DNA of 64,000 nt from positions 5,056,001-5,120,000 of the forward strand of contig OY969474.1 in assembly GCA_963700145.1 (NCBI GenBank), in the 5' to 3' direction. Positions 19,924-29,519 of the stretch are shown here, piece by piece; the stretch's first letter is position 1, and each line of letters starts with the position of its first letter. The notes beneath the pieces were generated by a model. That model made no database searches, was not told where the DNA came from, and worked only from the letters and a program-made list of their open reading frames with translations. The translations under genes were made by a program, and so were the position numbers. This DNA is from an uncultured Acidobacteriota bacterium (GTDB lineage Bacteria; Acidobacteriota; Thermoanaerobaculia; Multivoradales; UBA5704).

Positions 19924-21342
19924 CTACTCGCTGGCGGGGAGGATCTGCAGGGACTTCAGGAACTCGATGACCGCCGCCCGGTCGCCTTCGGGCAGCGCGA
20001 AGTAGGCTTCGCGGGCGGCGCGCGCCTCGCCGCCGTGAAAGTGGATCGCCTGGGTCAGCGTGGTGAGGTCGCCGCGATGGCCGTAGGGGTCGGTGTTGCC
20101 CACGTCCCACAGGCGGCGGGTCAGGAACTGGCTGCGCGGCCGGGCCTTCGGCACCTCGGTGAAAGCGGAGCTCTGGAGCACGCCGGCGAGCGTCCCCTGC
20201 GCCACCTGCTCGTTGGCGAAGTGCTGCAGCTCCGCGTCGTTCAGCTCGTGGCGCTTGAGGTCGGTGAAGGCGCGCACCAGGACGCGGCCGTCCGGCTGCC
20301 GCTCCGGGCGGGGGCCGATGCCGTCGCGCGCGAGATCGAGCACCGCCGGGCGCCGCACCTCCTCGCGGCGCAGGTTGCCGCGCGGGTTGTAGGGACCGGG
20401 CTCGGCGAAGCGCGGGTCGGCGAGCTCCAGCGCCGGCAGGTGGCAGCCGGCGCAGCCGACGCTCGCGAAGAGCCGCTCGCCGCGCGCGGCGGCCTCGCGC
20501 CGCACCGGGTGGCTGGGGAGGAGGCGGCCGGGGGTGTCGAGCGCCGCCTGGAAGAAGACCAGCGCGGTGACGTCGCCGACGGTCAGCTCGTCGCGCACGC
20601 CGTCGCCGTCGAGGTCGATCCCGGCGCCGGCGCGCTCGACGGTCTGGATGCCGTGGTGGTGGTTAAGGGCGGTGTTGGTGAAGTCGCGCAGCGAGGCGGC
20701 CGCCCCTTTCTGGTGGAAAGGGCGGACCACGAGGTCCCAATCCACGCCCTCGATCTCGCGCGGATCGACGCGGCCGTCGGGCAGCACGGTGACGGCGCCG
20801 AAGGAGACGCCTTTGGCGCGCAGCTCCCGCCGCGCCGGGGCGCCGCTCGCCTGCGCCTCGGCGCGGGCCGCTTCGCGGGCGGCGGCGAGCTCGCCGCTCA
20901 TCTCGCGCGCCAGGAGCTCGATCAGCCCCACCCCCATGAGCGACGGCGTGTTCCGCTCGTTGCTCTGGCGCGCGTCGAGCGTCTCGAGCACCGGGTCGCG
21001 CTCCTGGGCGAGCACGAAGACGTTGGCCGCGAACTCCCCGGCGCCCCCGACGCGCGGCTGGAAGTGGCAGCCGGCGCAGGAGTTGGCGTCTGGGCCGGAG
21101 GTGCGAATGAACGGCGGCTGGGTGGGGGCGCGGGGGACGCCGTGGCCGGTCGTCGCCGGGCGCCCCTGGCCGTCGAGGGCATTGAAGCGGGCCTCGAAGA
21201 GGCGGCGGCCGTGCGCCAGGAGCGCCTCGACCGCCACCTCGCCGGCCTCGATCTTCGCCTGGTCGAGGTGCTCCTCGACCGCCGGCCGCTCGCCCAGGGC
21301 GACCGCGACGACGGAGGCGAGCACCGCCGGCCGGAGCCGCAT
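19924..21342 (-). CDS. Di-heme oxidoreductase (DHOR-like) cytochrome c
   Basis: Two CAGCH heme motifs; TPSLMGVGLIE, FTDLKRH, LWDVG..PYGHRG, HGGEA motifs. Confidence 0.82.
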   Translation of the reverse strand: MRLRPAVLASVVAVALGERPAVEEHLDQAKIEAGEVAVEALLAHGRRLFEARFNALDGQGRPATTGHGVPRAPTQPPFIRTSGPDANSCAGCHFQPRVGGAGEFAANVFVLAQERDPVLETLDARQSNERNTPSLMGVGLIELLAREMSGELAAAREAARAEAQASGAPARRELRAKGVSFGAVTVLPDGRVDPREIEGVDWDLVVRPFHQKGAAASLRDFTNTALNHHHGIQTVERAGAGIDLDGDGVRDELTVGDVTALVFFQAALDTPGRLLPSHPVRREAAARGERLFASVGCAGCHLPALELADPRFAEPGPYNPRGNLRREEVRRPAVLDLARDGIGPRPERQPDGRVLVRAFTDLKRHELNDAELQHFANEQVAQGTLAGVLQSSAFTEVPKARPRSQFLTRRLWDVGNTDPYGHRGDLTTLTQAIHFHGGEARAAREAYFALPEGDRAAVIEFLKSLQILPASE

Positions 21343-21349
21343 TGCGCCC

Positions 21350-23071
21350 CTACCGCTCCTGCTTGCGGATCACGTTGACCACGCAGTCGGCGGTCAGCGC
21401 GGTCTTGTCGATCCCCACCGTCACCAGGTGGAGGCCCGGTGTCGTGTCGCGCGGGATCTCGAGCTCGATCGTGCCTCCCCCTTCGCGGTCGGTCTCGCCG
21501 CGGTAGACGAGCCGCGGGCCGAGGAGGGCGTGGATCGGGGCGTCCGGCTTCAGCCCTTCGAGCCGCACGCTCACCCGCTCGCCGGGGCCGACGTCGTCGG
21601 CGGGGAAGCAGTGCGGAAAGGACGGGCGCTCGAGGAAGAAGGTCGGCCCCTCGCCCCGGTCGTCGAGGAGGTCGGTTGCGCCCCGGCGGCGGTCGCCGGC
21701 GACCGCCTGGACGCGCAGCGAGCCACCCATTTGGATGCCGACGAGCTGATTCGCCAGGGTGAGGCCGATCAGGTTGTGCACCGGGACCGGACCCTGGAGC
21801 TTGCCGTCCCGCGGGCGCGTGACGTACAGCGGGTGCATCACCAGCGTCTGCAGCTCGAAGCGGAACCCGTCGCGCAGCCGGACCAGCCGCCCCTCGCGGA
21901 CGGCCCAGACAGCCCCCACGACCCGCTGCCCGCGCACCTCGGCGCGCGCCACCAGGTCGACGCCGGCGAGGTTCACGTCGCCCAGGCCGAGCTTCTCCAG
22001 CGACTGCGGGTCGGCGCCGCCGTTCTTGCCGTCGGTGTCAATGAGGAACCAGTAGAGGAGGCCCCTCGCCCGCCTGGGCAGGAGGCCGAAGAGCTGACTG
22101 GTGAGCCCGACCTCCTGCTTCTTCTCGTCGAAGGTCACGCGCACCGAGGCGAGGTCGAGGTAGGCGGGCCCGTAGGAGCTCTCGCGGACGCGGTCGGGGA
22201 TGCGGTGGGCCACCACGCTGGCGGGCACGATGACCCCCGGCGGGTCCTGCTCGAGACCGGGGACGTTGAGCGCGTTGGCGCGCAGCGCCGTCACCTCGGC
22301 GGCGTTGAGGAGGATGTTGTCGAGGTCGCCGTTGCCGTCGTTGTCGGACAGGATCGGGTTCATCAGGGCGGTGTTGTCGTTGCGATGGTTCAACGACAGG
22401 GAGTGCCCCATCTCGTGGCCGGCGTCGATGTCCAGCGAGTCGGTGACCCCGAAGGGGCCGCCGCCGTTCGGCCAGACGCGGCTGGGGGAGCCGGGATGGA
22501 GGTAGCGGTTGTCGATCACCACGACACGGCCGTCGAAGGGGGTGACGCAGTTGCCGCCGATCTCGGCGCAACCCCCCCAGCCGACGATCCCGATGTAGTT
22601 CCCGGCGGCGTCGTGAAACATGTTCGCGTTGACCATGGTGATGCCGATGCCGGCCCGCCCGATGCCGTTGTAGGCGGTGTCGCAGTTGTTCACCAAGGCG
22701 TTGAACTCGACGCCCGCGACGTTGACGTCCTCGCCGCGCATGTCGCCCGGCACGCCGAGCGTCGTGTCGGGGTCGGCGATCTCCGGGAAGTCGAGGACCG
22801 TCCAGGCGTTGTTGATCGAGGAGCGGAAGGTGATGCCGGCCTGGTTCACGTAGATGGCGTCGGTGGGCCGCTCGTGACGGCGCCAGAGGATGTCGTCGGT
22901 CGCGGTATCGCCGGCGATGTTCGGCGTCGCCTCCGCCGGGCTGCCGGTGACGACGCACCAGGAGGTCGGAACGTGGAGCGTGTTCTGGCCGTTCCAGGTG
23001 CCTACGGCTTCGGCGGGGGCCGAGGCCAGGGTGACGAGGGTGAGGACGATGACCGCGGAGCGGTGTCGCAT
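21350..23071 (-). CDS. Secreted metzincin-like zinc metalloprotease with C-terminal beta domains
   Basis: Signal peptide; HEMGHSLSLNH followed by ALMNP Met-turn; GGGAGG RBS. Confidence 0.75.
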   Translation of the reverse strand: MRHRSAVIVLTLVTLASAPAEAVGTWNGQNTLHVPTSWCVVTGSPAEATPNIAGDTATDDILWRRHERPTDAIYVNQAGITFRSSINNAWTVLDFPEIADPDTTLGVPGDMRGEDVNVAGVEFNALVNNCDTAYNGIGRAGIGITMVNANMFHDAAGNYIGIVGWGGCAEIGGNCVTPFDGRVVVIDNRYLHPGSPSRVWPNGGGPFGVTDSLDIDAGHEMGHSLSLNHRNDNTALMNPILSDNDGNGDLDNILLNAAEVTALRANALNVPGLEQDPPGVIVPASVVAHRIPDRVRESSYGPAYLDLASVRVTFDEKKQEVGLTSQLFGLLPRRARGLLYWFLIDTDGKNGGADPQSLEKLGLGDVNLAGVDLVARAEVRGQRVVGAVWAVREGRLVRLRDGFRFELQTLVMHPLYVTRPRDGKLQGPVPVHNLIGLTLANQLVGIQMGGSLRVQAVAGDRRRGATDLLDDRGEGPTFFLERPSFPHCFPADDVGPGERVSVRLEGLKPDAPIHALLGPRLVYRGETDREGGGTIELEIPRDTTPGLHLVTVGIDKTALTADCVVNVIRKQER

Positions 23072-23127
23072 GGGTTGCCTCCCTTTCGCGTGATGCTGCG
23101 AAGAGAGAGGCGACCGGCCGGCAGGAA

Positions 23128-23149
23128 CGTTACAGCGCGCGCTGCAACG
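23128..23149. promoter_or_regulatory. 22-bp near-perfect palindrome, candidate operator
   Basis: CGTTACAGCGC|GCGCTGCAACG (one mismatch) between the double-HTH gene and the protease start. Confidence 0.3.
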
Positions 23150-23159
23150 CGCGTAAACG

Positions 23160-23621
23160 CTACGGGTAGTCGTCGAGCGTGTCGAAGGGCAAGCCGCAGG
23201 GGTAGAAGAGGTTGAAGACCGGCTGCTCGATCAGCTCGGCGAAGCGCAGGAGGAGAGGGCCCTGCTCCTCCAGCGGAGTCGCGCCCTCTTCGATCGCGCG
23301 GTACTCGTCGGCGGAGACCTCCATCGCGGCGGCCATCTCCTCGACGGTCTTGCCGCGGCGCTCGCGGTGCTGCCGGATCAGCCGCCCGGCCTGGCCGGGG
23401 CGGCAGTCGGCGGCGCGGCCGCTCTCGGCGAGGAGACGCGAGGTGGGCGTCTCGAGGGCGATCGCGATCTTGCCGAGGCGCGGCCCCCAGACCTCGGCCG
23501 GCGAGGCTCCCGCCTCCATCTCGGCGTAGCGCTCCTCGGGGATGCCGAGCGCCTCCGCCACCCTCTCGGGCGCCAGCTTCTTCTTCTCCCGCTCCTTGCG
23601 CAGCACGTCGCCCAGCTTCAT
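23160..23621 (-). CDS. Tandem XRE/HTH_3 transcriptional regulator
   Basis: Two XRE-like units (LRKEREKKKL..VAEALGI..YAEMEAG; IRQHRERRGKT..MAAAMEVS..YRAIEEG); GAGGAG RBS. Confidence 0.85.
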   Translation of the reverse strand: MKLGDVLRKEREKKKLAPERVAEALGIPEERYAEMEAGASPAEVWGPRLGKIAIALETPTSRLLAESGRAADCRPGQAGRLIRQHRERRGKTVEEMAAAMEVSADEYRAIEEGATPLEEQGPLLLRFAELIEQPVFNLFYPCGLPFDTLDDYP

Positions 23622-23711
23622 GGTCTCGCCCTCCTCGTCCGATGGCTACGTGCGGGGCGGCACGGGTAGGGGGACAGTACCGCACGTATGATCTCCCCGA
23701 GGAGCCCAGCC

Positions 23712-25199
23712 ATGCTCGACCGCCGGGAGTTCCTGAAGGCCGCCGCGCTCGCCGCGCTCGCCCCGGCCGCCTGCCGCCGCGCGCCGGAGGCGGGCGAGAC
23801 CCTGGTCAACGACGTCCACTCGCAGCTCAACCCGACGCGGGTCGCGGAGGTGGTGCCGGTGGGGTCGCTGGCCGACCTGCGCGCCCTGGTACGGCGCGCC
23901 GCCGCCGCCGGGCTGCCCGTCGCGGTCGCCGGCGGCCGCCACGCCATGGGCGGGCAGCAGTTCGCCGGTGGCGCGCTCCTCGCCGACACCCGCGGCATGG
24001 CGCGGGTCCTCGGCTTCGACCGCGAGCGCGGCCTCCTGGAGGTCGAGGCCGGGATCCAGTGGCCGGAGCTGATCGCCGCCTACGAGCGGCTGCAGCGCGG
24101 CGCGCCGCGCCCCTGGGGGATCGCGCAGAAGCAGACCGGCGCCGACAAGATGTCGGTGGGCGGTGCCCTGGCCTCGAACGTCCACGGCCGCGGGCTCACC
24201 TTGAAGCCCTTCGTCGGGGACGTCGAGGCCTTCACGCTGGTGGACGCGGCCGGCGAGGTGCGCCGCTGCAGCCGCACCGAGGAGCCGGAGCTCTTCCGGC
24301 TGGCGGCCGGCGGCTACGGCCTCTTCGGCCTGGTGCACGCGGTGACGCTGCGCCTGGTGCCGCGGCGGAAGCTCGAGCGGGTGGTGGAGGTGATCGACCG
24401 CGACGCCCTGGCCGGCGCCTTCGCGCGGCGGGTCGCCGACGGGTACCTCTACGGCGACTTCCAGTTCGCGGTCGATCCGCGCTCGCCCGACTTCCTCCGC
24501 CGCGGCGTCTTCTCCTGCTACCGCCCGGCGCCGCCGGACGCCCGCGAGCCGAAGCGCCAGCGCCGGCTCTCCAACGCCGCCTGGATCGAGCTGCTGCGCA
24601 TGGTGCACGAGGAGCCGTCGCGCGCCTTCGAGCGCTACGCCGACTACTACCTCTCGACGACCGGCCAGCTCTACTGGTCGGACACGCAGCAGCTCGGCTT
24701 CTACCCCGAGGGCTACCACCGGCGGCTCGACCGGCGCACCGGCGCCGACGTGCCGGCGACCGAGATCATCAGCGAGGTCTACGTGCCGCGCGCCGAGATC
24801 GCGCCCTTCCTCGCCGAGGCGGCCGACGACCTGCGCGCCAGCGGCACGCAGGTCATCTACGGCACGATCCGCCTGATCGAGCGCGACGACGAGACCTTCC
24901 TGCCCTGGGCGAAGCAGCCCTACGCCTGCATCGTCGTCAACTACCACACGCCGCACAACCGCGAGGGGATCGCCGGCGTCGCGGCGTCGTTCCGCCAGCT
25001 CATCGACCGCGCCGCCGCCCGCGGCGGCTCCTACTACCTCACCTACCACCGCTACGCGGCGCGCCGCCAGGTCGAGGCCGCCTACCCCCAGTTCCCCGAC
25101 TTCCTCCGCGCCAAGCTCGCGCACGACCCCGAGGAGCGCTTCCAGAGCGACTGGTACCGGCACTACCGGGCGATGTTCGCGGACGCGGTGCAGGCTTAA
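23712..25199 (+). CDS. FAD-binding oxidoreductase (FAD_binding_4/VAO family), Tat-exported
   Basis: RREFLK Tat motif; AGGRHAMGGQ, SVGGALASNVHGRG, GGYGLFG motifs. Confidence 0.88.
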   Translation: MLDRREFLKAAALAALAPAACRRAPEAGETLVNDVHSQLNPTRVAEVVPVGSLADLRALVRRAAAAGLPVAVAGGRHAMGGQQFAGGALLADTRGMARVLGFDRERGLLEVEAGIQWPELIAAYERLQRGAPRPWGIAQKQTGADKMSVGGALASNVHGRGLTLKPFVGDVEAFTLVDAAGEVRRCSRTEEPELFRLAAGGYGLFGLVHAVTLRLVPRRKLERVVEVIDRDALAGAFARRVADGYLYGDFQFAVDPRSPDFLRRGVFSCYRPAPPDAREPKRQRRLSNAAWIELLRMVHEEPSRAFERYADYYLSTTGQLYWSDTQQLGFYPEGYHRRLDRRTGADVPATEIISEVYVPRAEIAPFLAEAADDLRASGTQVIYGTIRLIERDDETFLPWAKQPYACIVVNYHTPHNREGIAGVAASFRQLIDRAAARGGSYYLTYHRYAARRQVEAAYPQFPDFLRAKLAHDPEERFQSDWYRHYRAMFADAVQA

Positions 25200-26746
25200 G
25201 ACTTCACGACGACCCGGCGGAAGTTGCCCACCGTCACCTGGCCGGATTGGTTCCCCGCGGCGGGGAAGTAGAAGATGTAGAACCACAGGTCGAAGAAGGG
25301 GACGTTGGTCGCGTCGGCGGCCAGGGTCAGCGAGTAGGTCTTGAACGGGCGCGACTTGCCGTCCAGCACCACGGTCACCTCCTGGATCCGCTCCCCGCCG
25401 TGTTCGGCGGTGATCACCAGATAGTCGCCGTCGGTGGCACCGGCCCAGGCGACGTCGAAGGCCAGGCCGTAGCCGTGGGAGTCCCCGCCGTTGAGGTAGC
25501 CGCCCTTGAACATCGAGTAGGTCTGCGGGCTCTGGGGCGCGCCGAAGACCAGGCCGCTCGCCGGCGTGCCGGAGACGTTGCCCTGGGTCCCCAAGGTGTC
25601 GATGGGGAGAGTGGGCGCCGAGTAGAGGAAGAGGTAGGGGGGCGACCCCGGCTGCAGGGGCCACTGGTTCTCTTGGGACGTGCCGCCCACCCACCCTTGG
25701 AGCAACGCCGGCTGGAAGGTCTTCGGCGGCGGCGGCCAGGCGAAGCCGAGGGGGGGCAGCCCGAAGGCTCGGGCCGCCGCCGCCGCGGCGCCGTACCAGG
25801 CCGCGGCGTAGGTGTGTCGGCCGCCGGGGTCGTTCCAGTCGTAGAGCTTCGAGGGATCGAGCACCGCGTCCACGACGTTCGCGAGCCGCTTCGCGCCGCC
25901 GTAGGCGACGCCGAAGTAGGAGGGGTAGTTGTCGACGAAGGTGCCGGCGGAGCCGGGGTTCGTCGGGTCGGCGATCTTCATCTGCTCGAGGAAGAAGCCC
26001 AGGAAGTTGGCGCCGTTGCCGATCTCCGTGCCCTTGCTCTCCGGCGCGTCGAGGATCGTCAGCTGGGCCACCGGGAGCCCGAGGTTCTGCAGCGTCAGCG
26101 CCGCCACGGTGACCACCTTCGAGCCGTGGCTGTGGCCGATCAGGTGCAGCCGGTTCGCTGGGTTGGTCCAGAACTGCGGCACCAGGAGGCGCAGCAGGGC
26201 GTTGGCCAGACGGATGCCGTTGATCTGCGTGTAGGCCTCGGACTGGTAGACCTCCACCAGGTCGGCGTAGGAGCCGCCGGTGGCCGAATCGTCGATCCAG
26301 GAGTAGGCGAAGACCCAGGACTTGGGATCGAACGCCTTGATCGATTGCAGCAAGCCGGTCGGGTTGACGGGCAGCGCCGGGTCGTAGCCGGAGACCGGGG
26401 TCCAGGCCCAGTCGGAGGTCCAGATGCCGCCGCTGTGGGCGTCGTCGTCCCACCACCTGAGCCGCCCCCCGTGGGCGTCGACGACCGTGCGGTAGCCCGG
26501 CGCCCAACCGTGCGCCAGGACGTAGACGTGAAATGGGCCCTCCGGGTCCGCGCCCAGCTGCCCGTCGGCCATCGCCTGGAAGTAACGGCTCGGCGACTCG
26601 CCGCTCTTGAGCGGCAGGGTGGCGCCGACCCAGAGCCCCAGCCGGGCCAGGTTGTCGAAGCAGTTGGGGTGCACCGCGGCGCCCCAGTCCGTGGAGCCCT
26701 CGCTGGGAACGGGTGGAGGTGGGGTGCAGCCCGGGGCGGCGATCAA
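25196..26746 (-). CDS. Alpha/beta hydrolase-like protein (tandem paralog B)
   Basis: AHGW, HLIGHSHG nucleophile elbow, LTILDAPE; TTG start overlapping the upstream TGA (TTGA). Confidence 0.8.
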   Translation of the reverse strand: MIAAPGCTPPPPVPSEGSTDWGAAVHPNCFDNLARLGLWVGATLPLKSGESPSRYFQAMADGQLGADPEGPFHVYVLAHGWAPGYRTVVDAHGGRLRWWDDDAHSGGIWTSDWAWTPVSGYDPALPVNPTGLLQSIKAFDPKSWVFAYSWIDDSATGGSYADLVEVYQSEAYTQINGIRLANALLRLLVPQFWTNPANRLHLIGHSHGSKVVTVAALTLQNLGLPVAQLTILDAPESKGTEIGNGANFLGFFLEQMKIADPTNPGSAGTFVDNYPSYFGVAYGGAKRLANVVDAVLDPSKLYDWNDPGGRHTYAAAWYGAAAAAARAFGLPPLGFAWPPPPKTFQPALLQGWVGGTSQENQWPLQPGSPPYLFLYSAPTLPIDTLGTQGNVSGTPASGLVFGAPQSPQTYSMFKGGYLNGGDSHGYGLAFDVAWAGATDGDYLVITAEHGGERIQEVTVVLDGKSRPFKTYSLTLAADATNVPFFDLWFYIFYFPAAGNQSGQVTVGNFRRVVVKS

Positions 26747-28287
26747 TACGTCACCACCACCCGGCGGAAGTTGCCCACGGTCACCTTTCCGGTCTGGTTC
26801 CCCGCGGCGGGGAAGTAGAAGATGTAGAACGCGAGGTCGGAGAAGGCGCTGGACACGTTGGCGGCCAGGGTCAGCGTATAGGTCTTGAACGGACCCGACT
26901 TGCCGTCCAGTACCAGGGTCACCTCCTGTCTGCGCTCCACGCCGGACTCGGCGGTGAAGACCAGGTAGTCGCCGTCGGCGGCGCCGGTCCAGGCGACGTC
27001 GAAGGCCAGGCCGTAGCCGTCGGAGAGCACGCTGTTCTTGTAGCCGCCCTTGAACATCGAGTAGGTCTGCGGGCTCGCGGGCGCGCCGAAGACCAGGCCG
27101 CTCGCCGGCGTGCCGGAGACGTTGCCCTGATGCCCCAACGTGTCGATGGGGAGAGTCGGCGCCGAGAAGACGAAGAGGTGGGGGGGCGACCCCGCGTGCA
27201 AGGGCCACTGGTTCCTCTGGGACGTGCCGCCCGCCCACTTCTGGAGCAGCGCCGGCTGGAAGGGCCTCGGCGGCGGCGGCCAGGCGAGGCCGACGGGGGA
27301 GAGCCCGTACTTCCGGGCCTCCGCCGCCGCGGCGCCGTACCAGGCCGCGGCGTAGCTGTGTTGGTCGCCGGGGTCGGTCGGGTTGTAGAGCTTCGAGGGA
27401 TCGAGCACGGCGTTGACGACGTTCGCGAGCCGCGGCGAGCCGTAGGCGACGCCGAAGTAGGAAGGGTAGTTGTCGACGACGGTGCCGGCCGAGGCGGGGT
27501 TCGTCGGGTCGGCGATCTTCATCTGCTCGAGGAAGAAGCCCAGGAAGTTGGCGCCGTTGACGCCCAGGGTGCCCTCGCTCTCCGGCGCGTCGAGGAGCGT
27601 CAGGTGGGCGAGCGGCAGCCCGAGGCTCTGCAGCGCCAGCGCCGCGACGGTGACCACCTTCGAGCCATGGCTGTGGCCGATCAGGTGCAGCCGGTTCGCC
27701 GGGTTGGTCCAGAACTGGGGCACCAGGACGCGCAGCAGGGCATTGACCAGACGGATGCCGTTGATCTGCGTGTAGGCCTCCGACTCGTAGACCTCTTCCA
27801 GCTCGCTGTAGGAGCCGTCGGTGGCCGAGTCGTCGAGCCAGGAGTAGGCGAAGACCCAGGAGGTGGGATCGAACGCCTTGACCGCTTGCAGCAGGCCGGT
27901 CGGGTTGACGGGCAGCGCCGGGTCGTAGCCGGAGACCGGGGTCCATGCCCAGTCGGCGGCCCAGACGCCGCCGGCGTGGGCGGCGTCGTCCCACCAGAGG
28001 AGCTTGCCTCCGTTGGCGTCGACGACCGAACGCCAGCCGGGCGCCCAGCCGTGCGCCACGACGTAGACGTGATACGGGCCGTCCTGCTCCGCGCCCAGCT
28101 CCCCCTCGCCCATCGCTGCGAAGTAACGGCCCGGCGGCTCGCCGCTCGTGAGCGTCTTGGTGCCGCCGACCCAAAGCCCCAGCCGGGCCCGGTTGTCGAA
28201 GCAGTTGGGATGCACTACGTCGGCCCAATCCGTGGAGCCCTCCTTCGGAACGGGTGGAGGAGGGGTACAGCCCGAGGCGGTGGTCAT
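26743..28287 (-). CDS. Alpha/beta hydrolase-like protein (tandem paralog A)
   Basis: AHGW, HLIGHSHG, LTLLDAPE; colinear with paralog B; ATGA overlap with the upstream gene. Confidence 0.82.
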   Translation of the reverse strand: MTTASGCTPPPPVPKEGSTDWADVVHPNCFDNRARLGLWVGGTKTLTSGEPPGRYFAAMGEGELGAEQDGPYHVYVVAHGWAPGWRSVVDANGGKLLWWDDAAHAGGVWAADWAWTPVSGYDPALPVNPTGLLQAVKAFDPTSWVFAYSWLDDSATDGSYSELEEVYESEAYTQINGIRLVNALLRVLVPQFWTNPANRLHLIGHSHGSKVVTVAALALQSLGLPLAHLTLLDAPESEGTLGVNGANFLGFFLEQMKIADPTNPASAGTVVDNYPSYFGVAYGSPRLANVVNAVLDPSKLYNPTDPGDQHSYAAAWYGAAAAEARKYGLSPVGLAWPPPPRPFQPALLQKWAGGTSQRNQWPLHAGSPPHLFVFSAPTLPIDTLGHQGNVSGTPASGLVFGAPASPQTYSMFKGGYKNSVLSDGYGLAFDVAWTGAADGDYLVFTAESGVERRQEVTLVLDGKSGPFKTYTLTLAANVSSAFSDLAFYIFYFPAAGNQTGKVTVGNFRRVVVTY

Positions 28288-28787
28288 GTTTTGGCCCTTT
28301 CGTTTGAATCCTCGAAGGATCCTTCGGTTTCGTACTTCACACCGGCGAAGACGATCCACAGGAAGAGGAAGCAGCCGAGCGCGTAGAGGGTCAGGAAGGC
28401 GCCGTCGATCGACAGCCAGAGCTGCAGCGTCTCCACCTTGGGCTCGTAGTAGAAGCTCGGCGCGATCGAGTCGAGGTAGCGGTAGCCGAAGGTCCCGTTC
28501 ACGAAGACGCCGAGGATCGCGACGATCGACACCCAAAGGTGCGCGGCGGCGAGCTTGACCGCGCGCGGGCTCACCGCGCCCCACTCCGGCAGCGCGCGGT
28601 ACACCAGCCCGAAGAGCGTCAGGCCGACCCAGCCGAGGAGGACGACGTGCCCGTGGACGGGCGCCCACGGGCAGGCCACCTCGACGCCGCCGTGGATGTA
28701 GTGGTGCAGCGGGCCGTAGCCCGTCCAGACTCCGAGGACGAGGAGCCCCGTCCCCCAGCGCACGAAGCGCAGCGAGATCTTTTTCAT
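28284..28787 (-). CDS. Small 4-TM protein resembling part of heme-copper oxidase subunit I
   Basis: VHGHVVLLGWVGLTLFGLVY motif; AAGGAGG RBS; four hydrophobic helices. Confidence 0.7.
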   Translation of the reverse strand: MKKISLRFVRWGTGLLVLGVWTGYGPLHHYIHGGVEVACPWAPVHGHVVLLGWVGLTLFGLVYRALPEWGAVSPRAVKLAAAHLWVSIVAILGVFVNGTFGYRYLDSIAPSFYYEPKVETLQLWLSIDGAFLTLYALGCFLFLWIVFAGVKYETEGSFEDSNERAKT

Positions 28788-28881
28788 TGGCGCCCCCTCC
28801 TTCCTCCGAGTTTGACCCACCGTGCGCCGCATGGTAAGGTCCGCCGTCCCTTTTTTGGGACGAAACTCCTGGAGCAATCCC

Positions 28882-29226
28882 ATGTTCGCAGTGATCGAGA
28901 CCGGAGGGAAGCAGTACCGGGTCCAGGCCGGGGACGTGATTGAAGTGGAGCGGGTGGCGCGAGAGGAGGGGAAGAGCGTGCGCTTCGAGCGCGTTCTCCT
29001 GGTGACGGGCGACGGCGTCAACGAAGTGGGCAACCCCCTCGTCGCCGGCGCGGTCGTCAGCGCCTCGCCGGTGGCCGAGACCCGCGGTCCCAAGATCCGG
29101 ATCTTCAAGAAGAAGCGCCGCAAGGGCTACCGCCGGACCGCCGGGCACCGGCAGGACCTGCTGCGGCTCAAGATCGACGACATCCAGCTCCCCTCGCAGG
29201 CTCCGAGCCGCGAGGACGAGCGTTAG
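28882..29226 (+). CDS. rplU: 50S ribosomal protein L21
   Basis: [14 protein letters not shown]...[14 protein letters not shown]. Confidence 0.98.
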   Translation: MFAVIETGGKQYRVQAGDVIEVERVAREEGKSVRFERVLLVTGDGVNEVGNPLVAGAVVSASPVAETRGPKIRIFKKKRRKGYRRTAGHRQDLLRLKIDDIQLPSQAPSREDER

Positions 29227-29249
29227 GCGAAAGCAGCAGGAGACCGACC

Positions 29250-29507
29250 ATGGCTCACAAGAAGGGACAGGGCTCCAGCCGCAACGGCCGCGACTCGCAG
29301 CCCCAGAACCTGGGCGTCAAGCGCTTCGGCGGCGAGACGGTCAGCGGCGGCTCCATCCTGGTGCGCCAGCGCGGCACCAAGTTCCTCCCCGGCACCAACG
29401 TCGGCCGCGGCAAGGACGACACCCTCTTCGCCAAGGTGGGCGGCGTGGTGCGGTTCCAGGACAAGGGCCGCCACGGCAAGTTCATCCACGTCGTCCCCGC
29501 CGAGTAG
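29250..29507 (+). CDS. rpmA: 50S ribosomal protein L27
   Basis: [16 protein letters not shown]...[10 protein letters not shown]. Confidence 0.99.
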   Translation: MAHKKGQGSSRNGRDSQPQNLGVKRFGGETVSGGSILVRQRGTKFLPGTNVGRGKDDTLFAKVGGVVRFQDKGRHGKFIHVVPAE

Positions 29508-29519
29508 CCGCCCCCCGCA

